A stretch of DNA of 46,092 nt from a virus. Lineage: Duplodnaviria; Caudoviricetes. The stretch spans positions 1 to 46,092 of the IMG/VR virus record IMGVR_UViG_3300020045_010465; one strand, given 5' to 3'. The notes under the pieces were generated by a model. The model saw only the letters and a list, made by a program, of their open reading frames with translations. It was not told where the DNA came from and searched no databases. Below are positions 37,768 to 45,789 of the stretch, piece by piece (within the stretch, counting starts at the first letter, position 1; every line of letters begins with the position of its first letter). The position numbers and the translations under genes are program-made.

Positions 37768-37909
37768 TTCTTATAACGTTTTGCGGCTATACGAGGTTGT
37801 TGCCGAATTAAAAACAGACCTCACAAATACAAACTAATACTTAAAATTATGACTGATATTTCAAAAAATACCGAATTGCAACAATCTTGTATAACCGCTG
37901 TTATAGGCA
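37768..37909. repeat. attC-like hairpin site R6
   Basis: GCGGCTATACGAGGTTGTTGC...GCAACAATCTTGTATAACCGC; 122-nt spacer. Confidence 0.85.
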
Positions 37910-38085
37910 GTCCTAATGAGTTAGAGCCTGTTTTAGCATTTATAAATCACATTGGTGAATTAGGGTTATCTGAATGGTACGAGGTGGTTTATTATGCCGA
38001 TAAATGGTATTCTTATGCAGGAAGTAAAACATTTGAAGATGGCGAAAAAGTCATTAGATGGAAGTACGCTAAGGATTGCCTATAA
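37849..38085 (+). CDS. cassette R6 hypothetical protein, start codon inside hairpin loop
   Basis: GTT core at 37900 encodes Val18; TAA stop in TAAC core. Confidence 0.65.
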   Translation: MTDISKNTELQQSCITAVIGSPNELEPVLAFINHIGELGLSEWYEVVYYADKWYSYAGSKTFEDGEKVIRWKYAKDCL

Positions 38086-38138
38086 CGTTCCCATTTATTC
38101 AACCCACAAAACCACCAACAAAACTAACACTTAAGCTT
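38072..38138. other. attI-like terminal site between last cassette and integrase
   Basis: AGGATTGCCTATAAC arm followed by non-palindromic sequence up to the integrase ATG. Confidence 0.6.
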
Positions 38139-38939
38139 ATGAATTCCGCAAAGTACATCCAAGACTATGAGAGAGATTTGAGATTCATTCACTTCTCTAT
38201 TGAAACGATAAAAAACTACAGTAGTCAAATAAAGTTATTCCTGGCATATTTTAAAGAAAAAGACAGTCCTAAACATATTTCTGCAGATGAAATCAAGGAT
38301 TATCTGTTGAATGCTAAAGAAGTCAATTCGCAAAATGCAATGCATTCTGCAATTAAAAAGTTTTACATTTTGACGATCAAGCAAAACAGGAAATTCGAAT
38401 ACATAACGTATGCCAAAAAAGAAAAGAAAATTCCACTTGTAATTGATATGGATGAGTTGGTTTTGATGATTGATAAAATCGAAAACAAAAAACACAAAGC
38501 GATAATTGCTTTAACATCTTCGGTTGGATTGCGAGTTTCTGAAGTTTTGAATTTAAAGTTGGAGCATATTAGCACACCGCTGATGCAAATTAGAATCATT
38601 GGTGCCAAAGGCAAAAAAGACCGTATAGTGCCACTAACTGAAAAGGTCAGAGAAATTATTCGCATTTACTATGTGGAATATCTGCCAAAAGAATATTTAT
38701 TTAATGGTCAAGATAAGCCACAATATTCACGTGGAAGCTGTAATCAGGTGGTTAAAAAATGCCTTGGAAAAAAATACCACATGCACACGTTACGGCATAG
38801 TGCAGCAACCGGTTTATTTGAAAAAGGAACAGATCTTAAATTAATAGGTGATTTATTAGGGCAAACATCATTAAAAACGACTTCAATTTATGCGCATACG
38901 TCGAGCAAAAAATTAAAAAGTTTGCCTTTTGGTATTTAA
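38139..38939 (+). CDS. tyrosine recombinase (integron-integrase-like N-terminal SAM domain, no I2 insertion)
   Basis: S..TIKNY...IK.FL.YF N-terminus; GLRVSE, KG.KDR, HTLRHS, LLGQ, TT.IYAH; ATG at 38139 (MNSAKY) preferred over TTG at 38076. Confidence 0.9.
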   Translation: MNSAKYIQDYERDLRFIHFSIETIKNYSSQIKLFLAYFKEKDSPKHISADEIKDYLLNAKEVNSQNAMHSAIKKFYILTIKQNRKFEYITYAKKEKKIPLVIDMDELVLMIDKIENKKHKAIIALTSSVGLRVSEVLNLKLEHISTPLMQIRIIGAKGKKDRIVPLTEKVREIIRIYYVEYLPKEYLFNGQDKPQYSRGSCNQVVKKCLGKKYHMHTLRHSAATGLFEKGTDLKLIGDLLGQTSLKTTSIYAHTSSKKLKSLPFGI

Positions 38940-38999
38940 ATTACAAAATGAGGTTTCCCGTAAAGAAATAAAAAAACAAAGAAATAGGTTTGGGCGCTT

Positions 39000-39221
39000 T
39001 CAAGGCAATAATTCTGAAACATCAATATTTAAAGCTTTACAAATTTTAAAAAGGGATCCAATAGTAGTATTGATTTCGCCACGTTCAATTCTTCCTATTT
39101 GGTTTATTGGAATGTTGGCATCATGAGAAAGTGTGGCTTGCGAAAGATGCTTAGACAATCGTTTTTCTCTAAGTTTTTGCCCAACATTTTTGATAAATAT
39201 TTTTTCGCCTTTTTCTAACAC
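39000..39221 (-). CDS. XRE-family HTH regulator
   Basis: G.KLREKR....LSQ..L.....I....IGRIERGE.N.T...L..I..AL. Confidence 0.85.
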   Translation of the reverse strand: MLEKGEKIFIKNVGQKLREKRLSKHLSQATLSHDANIPINQIGRIERGEINTTIGSLFKICKALNIDVSELLP

Positions 39222-39235
39222 GCATCAAAAGTGCA

Positions 39236-39271
39236 GTTATATTTTAAAATAACATAACACAAATATGTGTT
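39236..39271. promoter_or_regulatory. two adjacent palindromes in the divergent XRE/terL gap (operator candidates)
   Basis: GTTAT-N8-ATAAC (39236-39253) and AACACA-N4-TGTGTT (39256-39271). Confidence 0.4.
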
Positions 39272-39311
39272 TTTTGTAATCGTTTTACCGCATTAAAAAC
39301 AAAATCAATCA

Positions 39312-41042
39312 ATGAAACCAACACAAAAACAGCTTGAATCCGTTCCTTTTCAGTATGCAAATGACGTGCGTACTGGTAAAATTATAGTTGGAAAACGCAT
39401 CAAGCAAGCCGTGAAGCGTTTTTACTCCTGGGTAGAAAATGCTGAAATAGATGGTTTTATTTTGGACCATGAAAAAGGAATGCGCATCCTGAGCTTCTTC
39501 CCTACTTTTTTAAACCACACCATAGGTAAACTAGCGGGAAAACCTTTCGTTTTGGCACCATTCCAGCAATTCACCATGTATAATATTTTTGGTTGGATAA
39601 ATGCAAAAACAGGATTCCGCAGAATCAACACTGTTTACGATAAAAGAGCTAAAAAAAACGGGAAAACCGCTGAAATGGCGGGACTTGCATTATACGCCCT
39701 TTCTTTCGATTTAGAAATGGAAGCGCAAGTGTATGTTGGGGCCACAAAGGAAGAGCAAGCGCGTATTTGCTGGAAACAGGCGAAAATGTACATTGAAAGT
39801 CCGGTGGCGAATCCTGCCTTGCGTAAAATGGGGTTTTACTGCCTTCAAAAGATAATCGGATTCAAAAATACAGGATCTACCATGATGCCATTGGGTGGTG
39901 ATTCAAAAACACAGGATGGTATCAACTGCCATGTGGGAATAATAGACGAATACCACGCCCATAAAGATGATTCGGTAAAAGAAAACCTTGAATCATCTAC
40001 CGTACAAAGAGCGCAGCCGTTAATTTACCAAATCACAACCGCAGGTGCAAATGTGCAATCTGCCTGCAAAAACTATGAAGATTCAGTTATTGAAGTTTTG
40101 GAAGGTCGAAATATAGATCACTCGCTTTGGATAATGATTCACGACATAGACCAGGAAGATTTAGAAACGCCTGAAAGTTGGGAAAACAAGGATTTATGGA
40201 TAAAAGCAAATCCGCTTTTGGGAAATGGTTTGGCTTTAGAAGGAATCGAAAAGGAATTTGTAAAAGCATTAAATCAGCCTTCTAAAATTCGAAATTTCAA
40301 GACTAAAAACTTGAATATGTGGGTAGATCAGCAGTTCGACTGGATTCAAACAGAGATTTGGAATAAAAACAAAGTCGATGCAATCCCGATGGAAAAATTC
40401 AAAACATTAGGTTCTTATGCGGGTTTAGATTTATCAAAAACACGAGATTTAACAGCTTTTGGAGCGTTGTCAGAGCCGGATGAAAATGATGATCGATTTG
40501 TTAAAATTTGGTTTTTTATGCCAAAAGATACAATTATAGTTCGATCTAAAGAGGATAGAATACCATATCAATATTGGGCTGATAAAGGGTATATAATCGC
40601 TACACCTGGAAATGTAGTTGATTATAATATTGTAGAAGATACGATAAGAAAAGAATGGCCGTCGCTAAACATTATTAGAATGGGTTATGACACATATAAT
40701 GCGACACAAATCACTCAAAACCTTCATGAAGATGGCTATGTAGTATCAGAATTTAGTCAAGCAATAGGAACGATTTCAACGCCTACAAAAGAGTTTGAAA
40801 GATTAGTACTTAAAGGCAATATAAAACACGATGGAAATCCGGTGTTGTCATGGATGCTAGCTTCATGTGATATTTATACTGATGCTAATTTAAATATCAA
40901 AGTTCACAAAGGTCGTTCCTCAATCAATGGTCGCCGTGTCGATGGTATCATTGCTCTAATAATAGCTTTAGGCGAATCTATGTCAACGCCTGAATCAAAC
41001 GAAAGTATCTACAACCGGGAAGGTACAGAATTCACTTGCTAA
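39312..41042 (+). CDS. terL: terminase large subunit, Terminase_1/HK97-like (phage B)
   Basis: AKKNGKT Walker A, IIDEYH Walker B, ITTAG, GLDLS...DLTA, RVDGIIA. Confidence 0.95.
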   Translation: MKPTQKQLESVPFQYANDVRTGKIIVGKRIKQAVKRFYSWVENAEIDGFILDHEKGMRILSFFPTFLNHTIGKLAGKPFVLAPFQQFTMYNIFGWINAKTGFRRINTVYDKRAKKNGKTAEMAGLALYALSFDLEMEAQVYVGATKEEQARICWKQAKMYIESPVANPALRKMGFYCLQKIIGFKNTGSTMMPLGGDSKTQDGINCHVGIIDEYHAHKDDSVKENLESSTVQRAQPLIYQITTAGANVQSACKNYEDSVIEVLEGRNIDHSLWIMIHDIDQEDLETPESWENKDLWIKANPLLGNGLALEGIEKEFVKALNQPSKIRNFKTKNLNMWVDQQFDWIQTEIWNKNKVDAIPMEKFKTLGSYAGLDLSKTRDLTAFGALSEPDENDDRFVKIWFFMPKDTIIVRSKEDRIPYQYWADKGYIIATPGNVVDYNIVEDTIRKEWPSLNIIRMGYDTYNATQITQNLHEDGYVVSEFSQAIGTISTPTKEFERLVLKGNIKHDGNPVLSWMLASCDIYTDANLNIKVHKGRSSINGRRVDGIIALIIALGESMSTPESNESIYNREGTEFTC

Positions 41043-41061
41043 CTAAAATTGATTAATAATT

Positions 41062-41322
41062 ATGAACGCAGTCGAAGAAAATGCCCTTAGAATTTACATT
41101 GCTAAAATTGAAAAACAAAATGAGCAAATGCGACAGCTCTCTTCTCGAAAAGGTTTTTATGCCGCCTATTTTATAGAACTGAAAACCGCAAAATCCAACA
41201 AAGAAGCTTTTGACACCGTCAATGAAATCTATCATGAGCTATTTGGGAATTATCGCTACTCAGATTGGAATTCCTTCAAAGTCATGACAAATTATTACAA
41301 CCATCAAAAACAATCAAAATGA
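41062..41322 (+). CDS. hypothetical protein
   Basis: 86 aa; FG..RYS...SF motif. Confidence 0.6.
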   Translation: MNAVEENALRIYIAKIEKQNEQMRQLSSRKGFYAAYFIELKTAKSNKEAFDTVNEIYHELFGNYRYSDWNSFKVMTNYYNHQKQSK

Positions 41323-41492
41323 AAATAGCAATTATTATTCTCTTTACATTCTTACTCGCATTTGCCACCAGTGCGTTATTCGAATTTAATTTTATAACTA
41401 CAAATCCTGTGCGTTATGCGCTCGTGGTTTTTTTAATCAGCATCGAATTACTAACTGGATTTTTTTATATAAAATCTGAAATAAAAAATTAA
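41319..41492 (+). CDS. small 2-TM membrane protein
   Basis: MKIAIIILFTFLLAF start overlapping the previous stop (ATGA). Confidence 0.55.
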   Translation: MKIAIIILFTFLLAFATSALFEFNFITTNPVRYALVVFLISIELLTGFFYIKSEIKN

Positions 41493-41493
41493 A

Positions 41494-41646
41494 ATGTCAG
41501 AAAATCTTAAAGTAGAAAATATTGCAAAAGCAATAAGGCTGTTGCCAAAACCTAAAACTTACCAAGCTACAACTGTCACAGTAGCAGTAGGAAAACTAAA
41601 ATACACCTTCGAAAAAATAAAAGACGAATGGTATTATAAGTTCTAG
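41494..41646 (+). CDS. 50-aa hypothetical protein
   Basis: MSENLKVENIAKAIRLLPKP...EWYYKF*, starts 1 nt after the previous stop. Confidence 0.45.
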   Translation: MSENLKVENIAKAIRLLPKPKTYQATTVTVAVGKLKYTFEKIKDEWYYKF

Positions 41647-41669
41647 TCATTGCGAGGTACGAAGCAATC
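41646..41669. repeat. REP-like small palindromic element
   Basis: GTCATTGCGAGGTACGAAGCAATC resembles the gtcattgcgag...gaagcaatc interspersed repeat family (recalled, not searched). Confidence 0.5.
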
Positions 41670-41699
41670 GCATAATGTTAAACTAATAAAAATATAAAA

Positions 41700-41891
41700 A
41701 TGCAGAAATCAGAAATTATAAAAAAACTTCTTAGTATAAAACAGGAAGTAATAAAATTAGGTATTATAGCCGTGTCGGATATACAAGTTCCTGTAGACAG
41801 TCAAATTATTGAATTGCAGTTGTTTTCGAATCTTGAAGATGCATTTACTGAAGCTATTGAATCTGTTAATAATAATCATAAATTTAAATAA
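41700..41891 (+). CDS. hypothetical protein
   Basis: 63 aa ORF. Confidence 0.5.
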   Translation: MQKSEIIKKLLSIKQEVIKLGIIAVSDIQVPVDSQIIELQLFSNLEDAFTEAIESVNNNHKFK

Positions 41892-41893
41892 TA

Positions 41894-42130
41894 GTGAAAA
41901 TATTCCTTCAATCATTTTTCCAAATTGGATTAGTAGCCATAAACACGATGTTAATCTCGAAAGGGATTTACATCGGTGTTTTTATAGTGTCATTTTTAAT
42001 TAGCTTGCTTTGGGCGTTCAATGTTTCTAAAGTGGCAATATCAACAATAAAACAAAAATTAATCTACGCATTTGGCGCTGGATGTGGAGCGGTGATTGGA
42101 TTAGTTTTAATATCTTTAATCTTTAAATAA
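41894..42130 (+). CDS. small 3-TM membrane protein
   Basis: hydrophobic; W.FNV.K...YA.GA..G motif. Confidence 0.6.
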   Translation: MKIFLQSFFQIGLVAINTMLISKGIYIGVFIVSFLISLLWAFNVSKVAISTIKQKLIYAFGAGCGAVIGLVLISLIFK

Positions 42131-42133
42131 AAA

Positions 42134-42427
42134 ATGATGAAACCAAAATTAATAAATATAGACCTTTCTGAAATTACAAAAAAACTTGAATTGATTCAAG
42201 GCGAAATGTCAGAAGATATTATTTCAAAATTAAAAGAAGCGTCTATTTTTTTGCCTGATTTTGATACTTTTGAACGTGAGATGGTTCAGGTTCCTATTAT
42301 AGAACAGCCAGAAGTTTTGGTTAACAATTCTGTTTATCCTTCATTAAATACTTTTTTTACTAAAGTAATTACTTTTAGAAAAAACCATAAAAGTAAAACG
42401 TGGGTATTCTATTCAAAAAACTTTTAA
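42134..42427 (+). CDS. hypothetical protein
   Basis: 97 aa ORF. Confidence 0.5.
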   Translation: MMKPKLINIDLSEITKKLELIQGEMSEDIISKLKEASIFLPDFDTFEREMVQVPIIEQPEVLVNNSVYPSLNTFFTKVITFRKNHKSKTWVFYSKNF

Positions 42428-42547
42428 AACAAAAAATCCGAGCTAATCCGCTTAATCCGTAAAATCCACGGACCGCTAACAAAGTTAAATACTTTAACCA
42501 CTTAAAAAGCATCGTTCAAATACTTTTACACCTAAATCGATGGTGTA

Positions 42548-43774
42548 ATGAGTTTGAACGGTGCTTTTAGCGAAATGTTTGCTTCTCAAAAAAGAAGTAT
42601 AAATACTGATAATTCCTATTTCTCAGGATTTGGCGGTATTTTCTCGCAGGGAACTGCGGGAACAAATATGAGCGCTTCGCGAGCATTAAAGCTTTCTGCA
42701 TTTTACAATGGTGTTGATCAGATATCAAATGACATTGCAAAAATCCCTTTTTCGATATATCAAAAAGACGGTAAAAACCGTATTTCAAGAACAAATCACC
42801 CTGCTTATAATGTAATTGCTGTTGAGCCAAACTCACTAATGACCTCCTTTGTTTTTCGCAAAACAATGGTAGTTTCATTTTTGATTAAAGGAAATGCTTT
42901 GGCAAAAATCAATTCTAATAAAGCGGGAAAGCCTATAGCTACAGATTATATTAGTTGGGATAGAGTTCGTGACATTCGAATAAAAGATGGTGTATTGTTG
43001 TATGATGTCACCGGTTATAAATATCCATTATTGTCTTCTGAAGTATTGCATTTCAAAAACTTCTCTCACAACGGAATAAATGGTATGGGTGTGATTACAA
43101 ATGCAGCACAACAATTAAACCTAGCTATTGAAGTACAGGAATTTTCTGCAACAAATTTCGAAAATAAAGGCGTTCGTCAAGGGGTTGTTGAAAGTGATAA
43201 AACAATCACAAGTGGGAAGGCAGGAATAATTGCAGGTATTAAAGCCGCTTTCTCTGAAAAAGACGCAACGCGTGTAGCGGTTCTTGATGAGGGTATGAAA
43301 TGGAAAGCCATTACCGTAACGCCACAAGAAGCACAAATTATTGAGCAAGCACGTTTTAGCATCGAAGATATCGCCCGTTGGTTGAATATCGCACCTCACA
43401 AAATCAAGTCTTTACAGCAATCTACCAATAATAATATCGAGCAACAGTCTTTGGACCATGTAAGTGACACGATACAACCGCATATCACAAACTGGGAACA
43501 GGAATACGCAAAAAAACTATTCCTTCCTTCTGAAATTCAAGAAGGGTATTATGTCCGTGGTAATATGAATGTATTGCTTCGTGCGGATATTAAATCTCGT
43601 GGGGAATATTACGGAAAAGCGGTTAACGGTGGCTGGATGAATAGAAATGAAGTGCGACAATTAGAAGATATGAATGTGGGACCTGACTTATTAGAGGAAT
43701 TTTTGACGCCTGTTAATACGTATACAGAATCTCAAATTAAAAACAATTTAAAAATGCCGAAAGATGGGAACTAA
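42548..43774 (+). CDS. portal protein, HK97 family
   Basis: ALKLSA.Y..V..IS.DIA.IP, PN..MT, GNA, EVLHFK, IARW.NI.PH, NNIEQQ, NEVR..E. Confidence 0.95.
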   Translation: MSLNGAFSEMFASQKRSINTDNSYFSGFGGIFSQGTAGTNMSASRALKLSAFYNGVDQISNDIAKIPFSIYQKDGKNRISRTNHPAYNVIAVEPNSLMTSFVFRKTMVVSFLIKGNALAKINSNKAGKPIATDYISWDRVRDIRIKDGVLLYDVTGYKYPLLSSEVLHFKNFSHNGINGMGVITNAAQQLNLAIEVQEFSATNFENKGVRQGVVESDKTITSGKAGIIAGIKAAFSEKDATRVAVLDEGMKWKAITVTPQEAQIIEQARFSIEDIARWLNIAPHKIKSLQQSTNNNIEQQSLDHVSDTIQPHITNWEQEYAKKLFLPSEIQEGYYVRGNMNVLLRADIKSRGEYYGKAVNGGWMNRNEVRQLEDMNVGPDLLEEFLTPVNTYTESQIKNNLKMPKDGN

Positions 43775-44426
43775 AGATTATATAAAAAGCCTTAGCGACA
43801 CGGCAGAACGTCGTTTCTTTTCGTCTGAAGTTCGTGCTGAAAAGCGGGAAGATGCAGTTGAAGGAACATCTTCTGTAATTGAAGGGTATGCGGCTAAATT
43901 CAATTCGGATACTGTAATTGGTAATTATTACCAGTTCAGAGAAAAGATTAGTCCAGGTGCATTTGATGATGTGTTGAATGATGATGTACGCTGTCTTTTT
44001 AATCATAATCCAAACTACGTTTTGGCACGTTCTAAAGAAGGAAAAGGAACCTTGACATTATCAGTTGATGAAATAGGGTTGAAATATTCTTACGTAACTC
44101 CCGAGCGTTCTTTTGCAAAGGATTTAGAGGATGCAATCGCTTTGGGCGATGTTTCCCAATCTTCTTTTGCTTTTGATATTGAAGAACAAACCTGGACCGA
44201 AGTAGAAGGCGAAATCCCGATGCGTACCATTGTACGATTCAAAAAACTATATGATGTGGCTCCGGTGACTTATCCTGCGTATGCAGATACGGAAGTGGCA
44301 AAAAGAAGCTTAGATGCTTTTATCGAAAAAACACATCTTAAAGACGATTCTAAAGAGACTCGTTCGGATAACAATAAAGAGCTCAACGCTTTTGAAGCTC
44401 AATTAATTATTAATTCATATTTATAA
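43764..44426 (+). CDS. HK97-family prohead protease
   Basis: IEGYAAKFN, E.I..GAF, LFNHN, SSFAF, L.DV.PVTYPAY. Confidence 0.93.
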   Translation: MGTKDYIKSLSDTAERRFFSSEVRAEKREDAVEGTSSVIEGYAAKFNSDTVIGNYYQFREKISPGAFDDVLNDDVRCLFNHNPNYVLARSKEGKGTLTLSVDEIGLKYSYVTPERSFAKDLEDAIALGDVSQSSFAFDIEEQTWTEVEGEIPMRTIVRFKKLYDVAPVTYPAYADTEVAKRSLDAFIEKTHLKDDSKETRSDNNKELNAFEAQLIINSYL

Positions 44427-44433
44427 CAAGCAA

Positions 44434-45735
44434 ATGAAAAAATCTGCTATTATTTTACAACAACGAGCTCAAAAGATTGAAGCTCAAAAGGCGCTTCATG
44501 CTACAGCTGAAGGCGAAAAAAGAAGCTTGAATGAGACTGAAACAGCAACGTTTCGTTCTCTTCAAACAGAAATCGAAGGCTTAACGGGTCAATACAATGA
44601 TGCGTTAGCTTATGAAGAAAATCTACGTTCAATGGAGGGATCTGAAGGAACTGGATTTGAAGGAGAAGGGGAATCTGTAAATAAAAAAAAGACTGCACAA
44701 CGTGCTTACTCGCTTGCGGCGCACATTCGCGGTGCAATGGGCGGGAAGTTAACAGGTGCTGAGAAAGAAGCGCAGGAAAAAGGAATTGCTGAACGTGAAG
44801 CGCGTGGTTTAGAAATAAACGAAAAAGCGGTTTACATCCCGGAAGCTTTGATGTCTCGTGCTACTCAGCAAACTGTTACGCAGGATGCAGGTGAATATGG
44901 TGGTCAATTGGTTTCTGATGCTGCGCCAAGATTAATTGATGGCTTTATGCCAAAATTATTTTTGGAAGATATGGGTGCAAATGTTTGGACTGGTTTATCC
45001 GGTGGTGACATTCCTTTGCCGGTATCTTCAAACTATACGTTTGAGTGGTTGGAAGAAGGTGAAAGTATTACAGGACAAAAACAAAAGTTTGTTGGTCCTA
45101 AATTGTCTCCAAAACGTGCAGGTGCTTTAGTGTCAATCACTAAAAAACTGTTGATGCAAACATCTATTGATGTAGAAGCTACAATTAGAAAAAGATTGCA
45201 AGATGGAATCCGTAGAACATTGGAAGGTGTTGCTATTCAAGGATTAGCGGTTAACAATGAGCCGGTTGGTATTTTAAACACTGTAGGTGTTACGGCTTCA
45301 GTAAATCAAACTGCGGCGGGTGTTGCAACTTATGCTAATGTAGTGGAATTGCAAGGGTTGGTTGAAGATGCTGATGCAACTGAAATATCTTTAGGATACT
45401 TATGTAATCCTAAATTACGTGCCAAAATGAAAACAATTTCAAAAGGTACTGATATGGGTGGTGCCATCTGTCAAAATGGATTAATCGATGGTATGCCAAC
45501 GGTTTCAACTTCATTAGTGAAGAAAATCGCAGGAACTCCTGACACATATCCATTGATTTACGGTGACTTCTCTCAACTTTATGTTGGTGTTTGGGGTGGA
45601 ATCGAAATTATTGTTGATGCAGTATCTACAGAAGCGGCTTCTAAAGCGTCTGTGAATTTAATCATCAACATGGAAGCTGATGTTCAAATCGCGCATCCGG
45701 CAGCATTTGCAAAAAACAATTTCATGACTGCGTAA
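44434..45735 (+). CDS. major capsid protein, HK97 family (phage B)
   Basis: N-terminal delta-domain coiled coil, GG.LV, W..EG, LSPKR, P.GILN, GDFS. Confidence 0.93.
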   Translation: MKKSAIILQQRAQKIEAQKALHATAEGEKRSLNETETATFRSLQTEIEGLTGQYNDALAYEENLRSMEGSEGTGFEGEGESVNKKKTAQRAYSLAAHIRGAMGGKLTGAEKEAQEKGIAEREARGLEINEKAVYIPEALMSRATQQTVTQDAGEYGGQLVSDAAPRLIDGFMPKLFLEDMGANVWTGLSGGDIPLPVSSNYTFEWLEEGESITGQKQKFVGPKLSPKRAGALVSITKKLLMQTSIDVEATIRKRLQDGIRRTLEGVAIQGLAVNNEPVGILNTVGVTASVNQTAAGVATYANVVELQGLVEDADATEISLGYLCNPKLRAKMKTISKGTDMGGAICQNGLIDGMPTVSTSLVKKIAGTPDTYPLIYGDFSQLYVGVWGGIEIIVDAVSTEAASKASVNLIINMEADVQIAHPAAFAKNNFMTA

Positions 45736-45747
45736 GCAGTTTAATAT

Positions 45748-45776
45748 AAAGAAAAGAGTTTCGGCTCTTTTCTTTT
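45748..45776 (+). terminator. terminator after capsid gene
   Basis: AAAGAAAAGAG-tttcgg-CTCTTTTCTTT. Confidence 0.65.
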
Positions 45777-45789
45777 AATATTTTACAAA

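Larger units (their letters stand above)
35832..38939 (+). mobile_element. right integron-like element: 6 cassettes + attI-like site + tyrosine recombinase
   Basis: six ORFs each flanked by own inverted arms, six hairpins of 118-122 nt, integrase at the end. Confidence 0.88.

Noticed and set aside
32043-38086. CRISPR array or simple terminators as explanation for the spaced hairpins
   Set aside because: Repeats are not identical, the intervening units are whole genes, no cas genes are present, loops are mostly tens of nt long and stems lack U-tracts.
38076-38138. N-terminal extension of the integrase from TTG 38076
   Set aside because: It overlaps the last cassette arm and attI-like site; ATG at 38139 begins the recognisable domain.
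32043-38939. Shufflon / invertible segments (each ORF has inverted arms)
   Set aside because: All ORFs in an array share one orientation, arms are unique per unit and spacers are polar; this fits excision/insertion better, though inversion was not experimentally excluded.
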